Shown piece by piece: positions 62,405 to 64,000 of a stretch of 64,000 nt of DNA (positions are counted from its first letter, which is position 1; every line of letters starts with the position of its first letter). The notes under the pieces are model-generated. The model saw nothing but the letters and a program-made list of their open reading frames with translations. It searched no databases and had not been told where the DNA came from. The DNA comes from Hydrolagus colliei (lineage: Eukaryota). Where the stretch lies: contig CM068751.1 of the NCBI GenBank assembly GCA_035084275.1, forward strand, positions 3,472,001 through 3,536,000, in the 5' to 3' direction. Both the position numbers and the translations under genes were made by a program.

Positions 62405-62830
62405 GTCAGGTAGTGGCACTCTTGCTTCTGAGTCAGAAGGTCGTGGATGTCAGCCCCACTCAGGACTTTAACCTCATATAATCTAGGACGACACTCCAAA
62501 GCAACAACAACAACAACAAAATTACATTTATAGAGCATCTTTCACGTTGGAAGGCGCTGAACAGTCGGGACAGGACCCAAGCAAGGGAGAGGGGCAGGGG
62601 GGAGGGGCGGGAGAGAGGTAGGAGGCAAGGGAGAGAGTTGGGAGGGCAGCAGAAGGCACAGTCGAAGAGACGGGTCTTGAGACCGGCCTTGAAGGAGGCG
62701 AGGGAGGGAGCGAGGCGAAGCGACTGTGGGATGGAGTTCCAGCGGTGATGGGGTAGCCCTGGATAATTCAAAGTGCTGTCCTTCAGTGAGATATTATCCC
62801 GAGGTCCCATCTGCCTGTTCAGGTGGATGC
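62405..62830 (+). mobile_element. Older DeuSINE (SacSINE1-like), interrupted by a minus-strand L2 end
   Basis: The head GGCACTCTTGCTTCTGAGTCAGAAGG...ACACTCCA runs to 62498 and resumes near 62770 with CTTCAGTGAGATATT...GAGGTCCCATCTGCCTG. Confidence 0.7.
62500..62745 (-). mobile_element. L2 3' end
   Basis: Reverse strand reads WNSIPQSLRLAPSLASFKAGLKTRLFD, with a (CAA)n tail. Confidence 0.9.
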
Positions 62831-63777
62831 TTATCAGCCAATGGCAGTTTGGAACGAGAAACTAAAACAGACTCCATTATCCTCCAAGTTGTTTGTCAAT
62901 AACCATAATTAATGTCTTCGAAAAGAGAGAACAGACAACTGAGCAACTACAACCTTACACATGTGCCATCTGCAACTGTGCATTACACTATAGAAAATTC
63001 ACCTCTGTGTTCAGTGTATGTATATGCCTGATCGGGTTAACCTTGTGCTAGTTGACATTTGATTTGACAGCTATTGTAATTCAGATAACCTAAGATATAT
63101 GGTGTCCTTTCACAGCATCTGATCAATCTGATACAATCGACAGCTGAAGTCACTTGAGCTGACACATTTGCTCCTCGTGCTGTAGAATGTTTGGCCCCAG
63201 TTTCTGTTAGAACTGAGATTTCTATGGCTTGCACAGAGTAATTAATTTTGCCGCATCTCTTAATTAAGAGGTCTACGTCCTTCCGGTAACCCCCAACACT
63301 GACTTGAGGAAACTTGGCTCTGAAATTGGTGTGGTTGGGGCAGCATCACGAAGGGGCATCACAGAATCCCAGATTTCTTAAATAAGAAATAACGCAAAAT
63401 TGAGGCTTGTATATTGCTGAGCCCTAAACATGTTGTACAATTTTCAGTACCTTTGGGGTATTCTTTGCATCTGTCAGTTGATGAGCTGGTTGTTGTGAAT
63501 ATCGTAAGCACTGCAACTGAAAAGCACAGTGTCTCCTAACTAATAGAATAACACATTCATTAATGGAATCTGCTATGAAACGCTATCTTCCACAGCTATT
63601 CCTAGCTGTTTAATAAAGTTCTGTTTAATTATATGAAATTAATTTTGTATTTATATGTGGCAGCTGATGCATTATCACGTCACATTAAACAGGTGATTTT
63701 CTGTTAAGAAAACAAAATCAGGAGTTGATTATATGAATCAGCTGCTCTGTGTACATTTTTATTAATTTATTTTCCAT

Positions 63778-64000
63778 ATAATAATCCTTGCATTTGATGT
63801 AGCGCTTTTCACGTCTTCTAGACGTCTCAAAGCGCTTCTCAGAATTTACTGTAAAGTGAATTGACTGTATATTTCTGGGCAAAACACGGCAGCCAACTGC
63901 ACACTGCAGTGTCCCACAAATGGTCGTGGATTGAAATGACCAATTTTATTATTGTGTTTTTTTTCGGAGAGATTATTATTAGGCGTGTGGAGTAAGGAAA
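63778..64000 (-). mobile_element. Deu-like SINE, cut by window end
   Basis: Reverse-complement tail and core running to the window boundary. Confidence 0.92.

Noticed and set aside
752-63234. The many 60-190 aa ORFs in the ORF track
   Set aside because: They are SINE/L2/CR1 read-throughs, antisense shadows of the CR1 ORF (22245-22568, 23097-23465) or low-complexity chance ORFs. None shows a recognisable host protein motif.

Overview
This is eukaryotic, AT-rich, CpG-depleted DNA. The repeat content points to a cartilaginous fish, possibly a chimaera (inference). I found no host protein-coding gene, so the window reads as a large intron or gene desert. The only long ORF (21907-23982) is ORF2 of a young, 5'-truncated CR1 LINE inserted into an older CR1. 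The rest is about 18 copies or fragments of one tRNA-headed, Deu-domain-like SINE with an L2-type tail, many L2 and CR1 3' fragments, older SINE relics, one young hAT-type MITE, three Tigger/pogo-like MITEs, and a Penelope-type terminal fragment with a degenerate hammerhead ribozyme. There is also a probable fossil Myb/SANT (Harbinger-type) exon, several local palindromes and inverted duplications, and TE-poor blocks that may be conserved non-coding elements. I see no convincing new biological system. The best leads are a SINE that appears to have copied its own tail in inverted orientation, a 14-bp unit expanding between the Pol III boxes of that SINE, the hammerhead relic, the Myb fossil exon and a candidate 18-nt microexon. 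Repeat family names come from recalled consensus features and need Dfam/Repbase confirmation.
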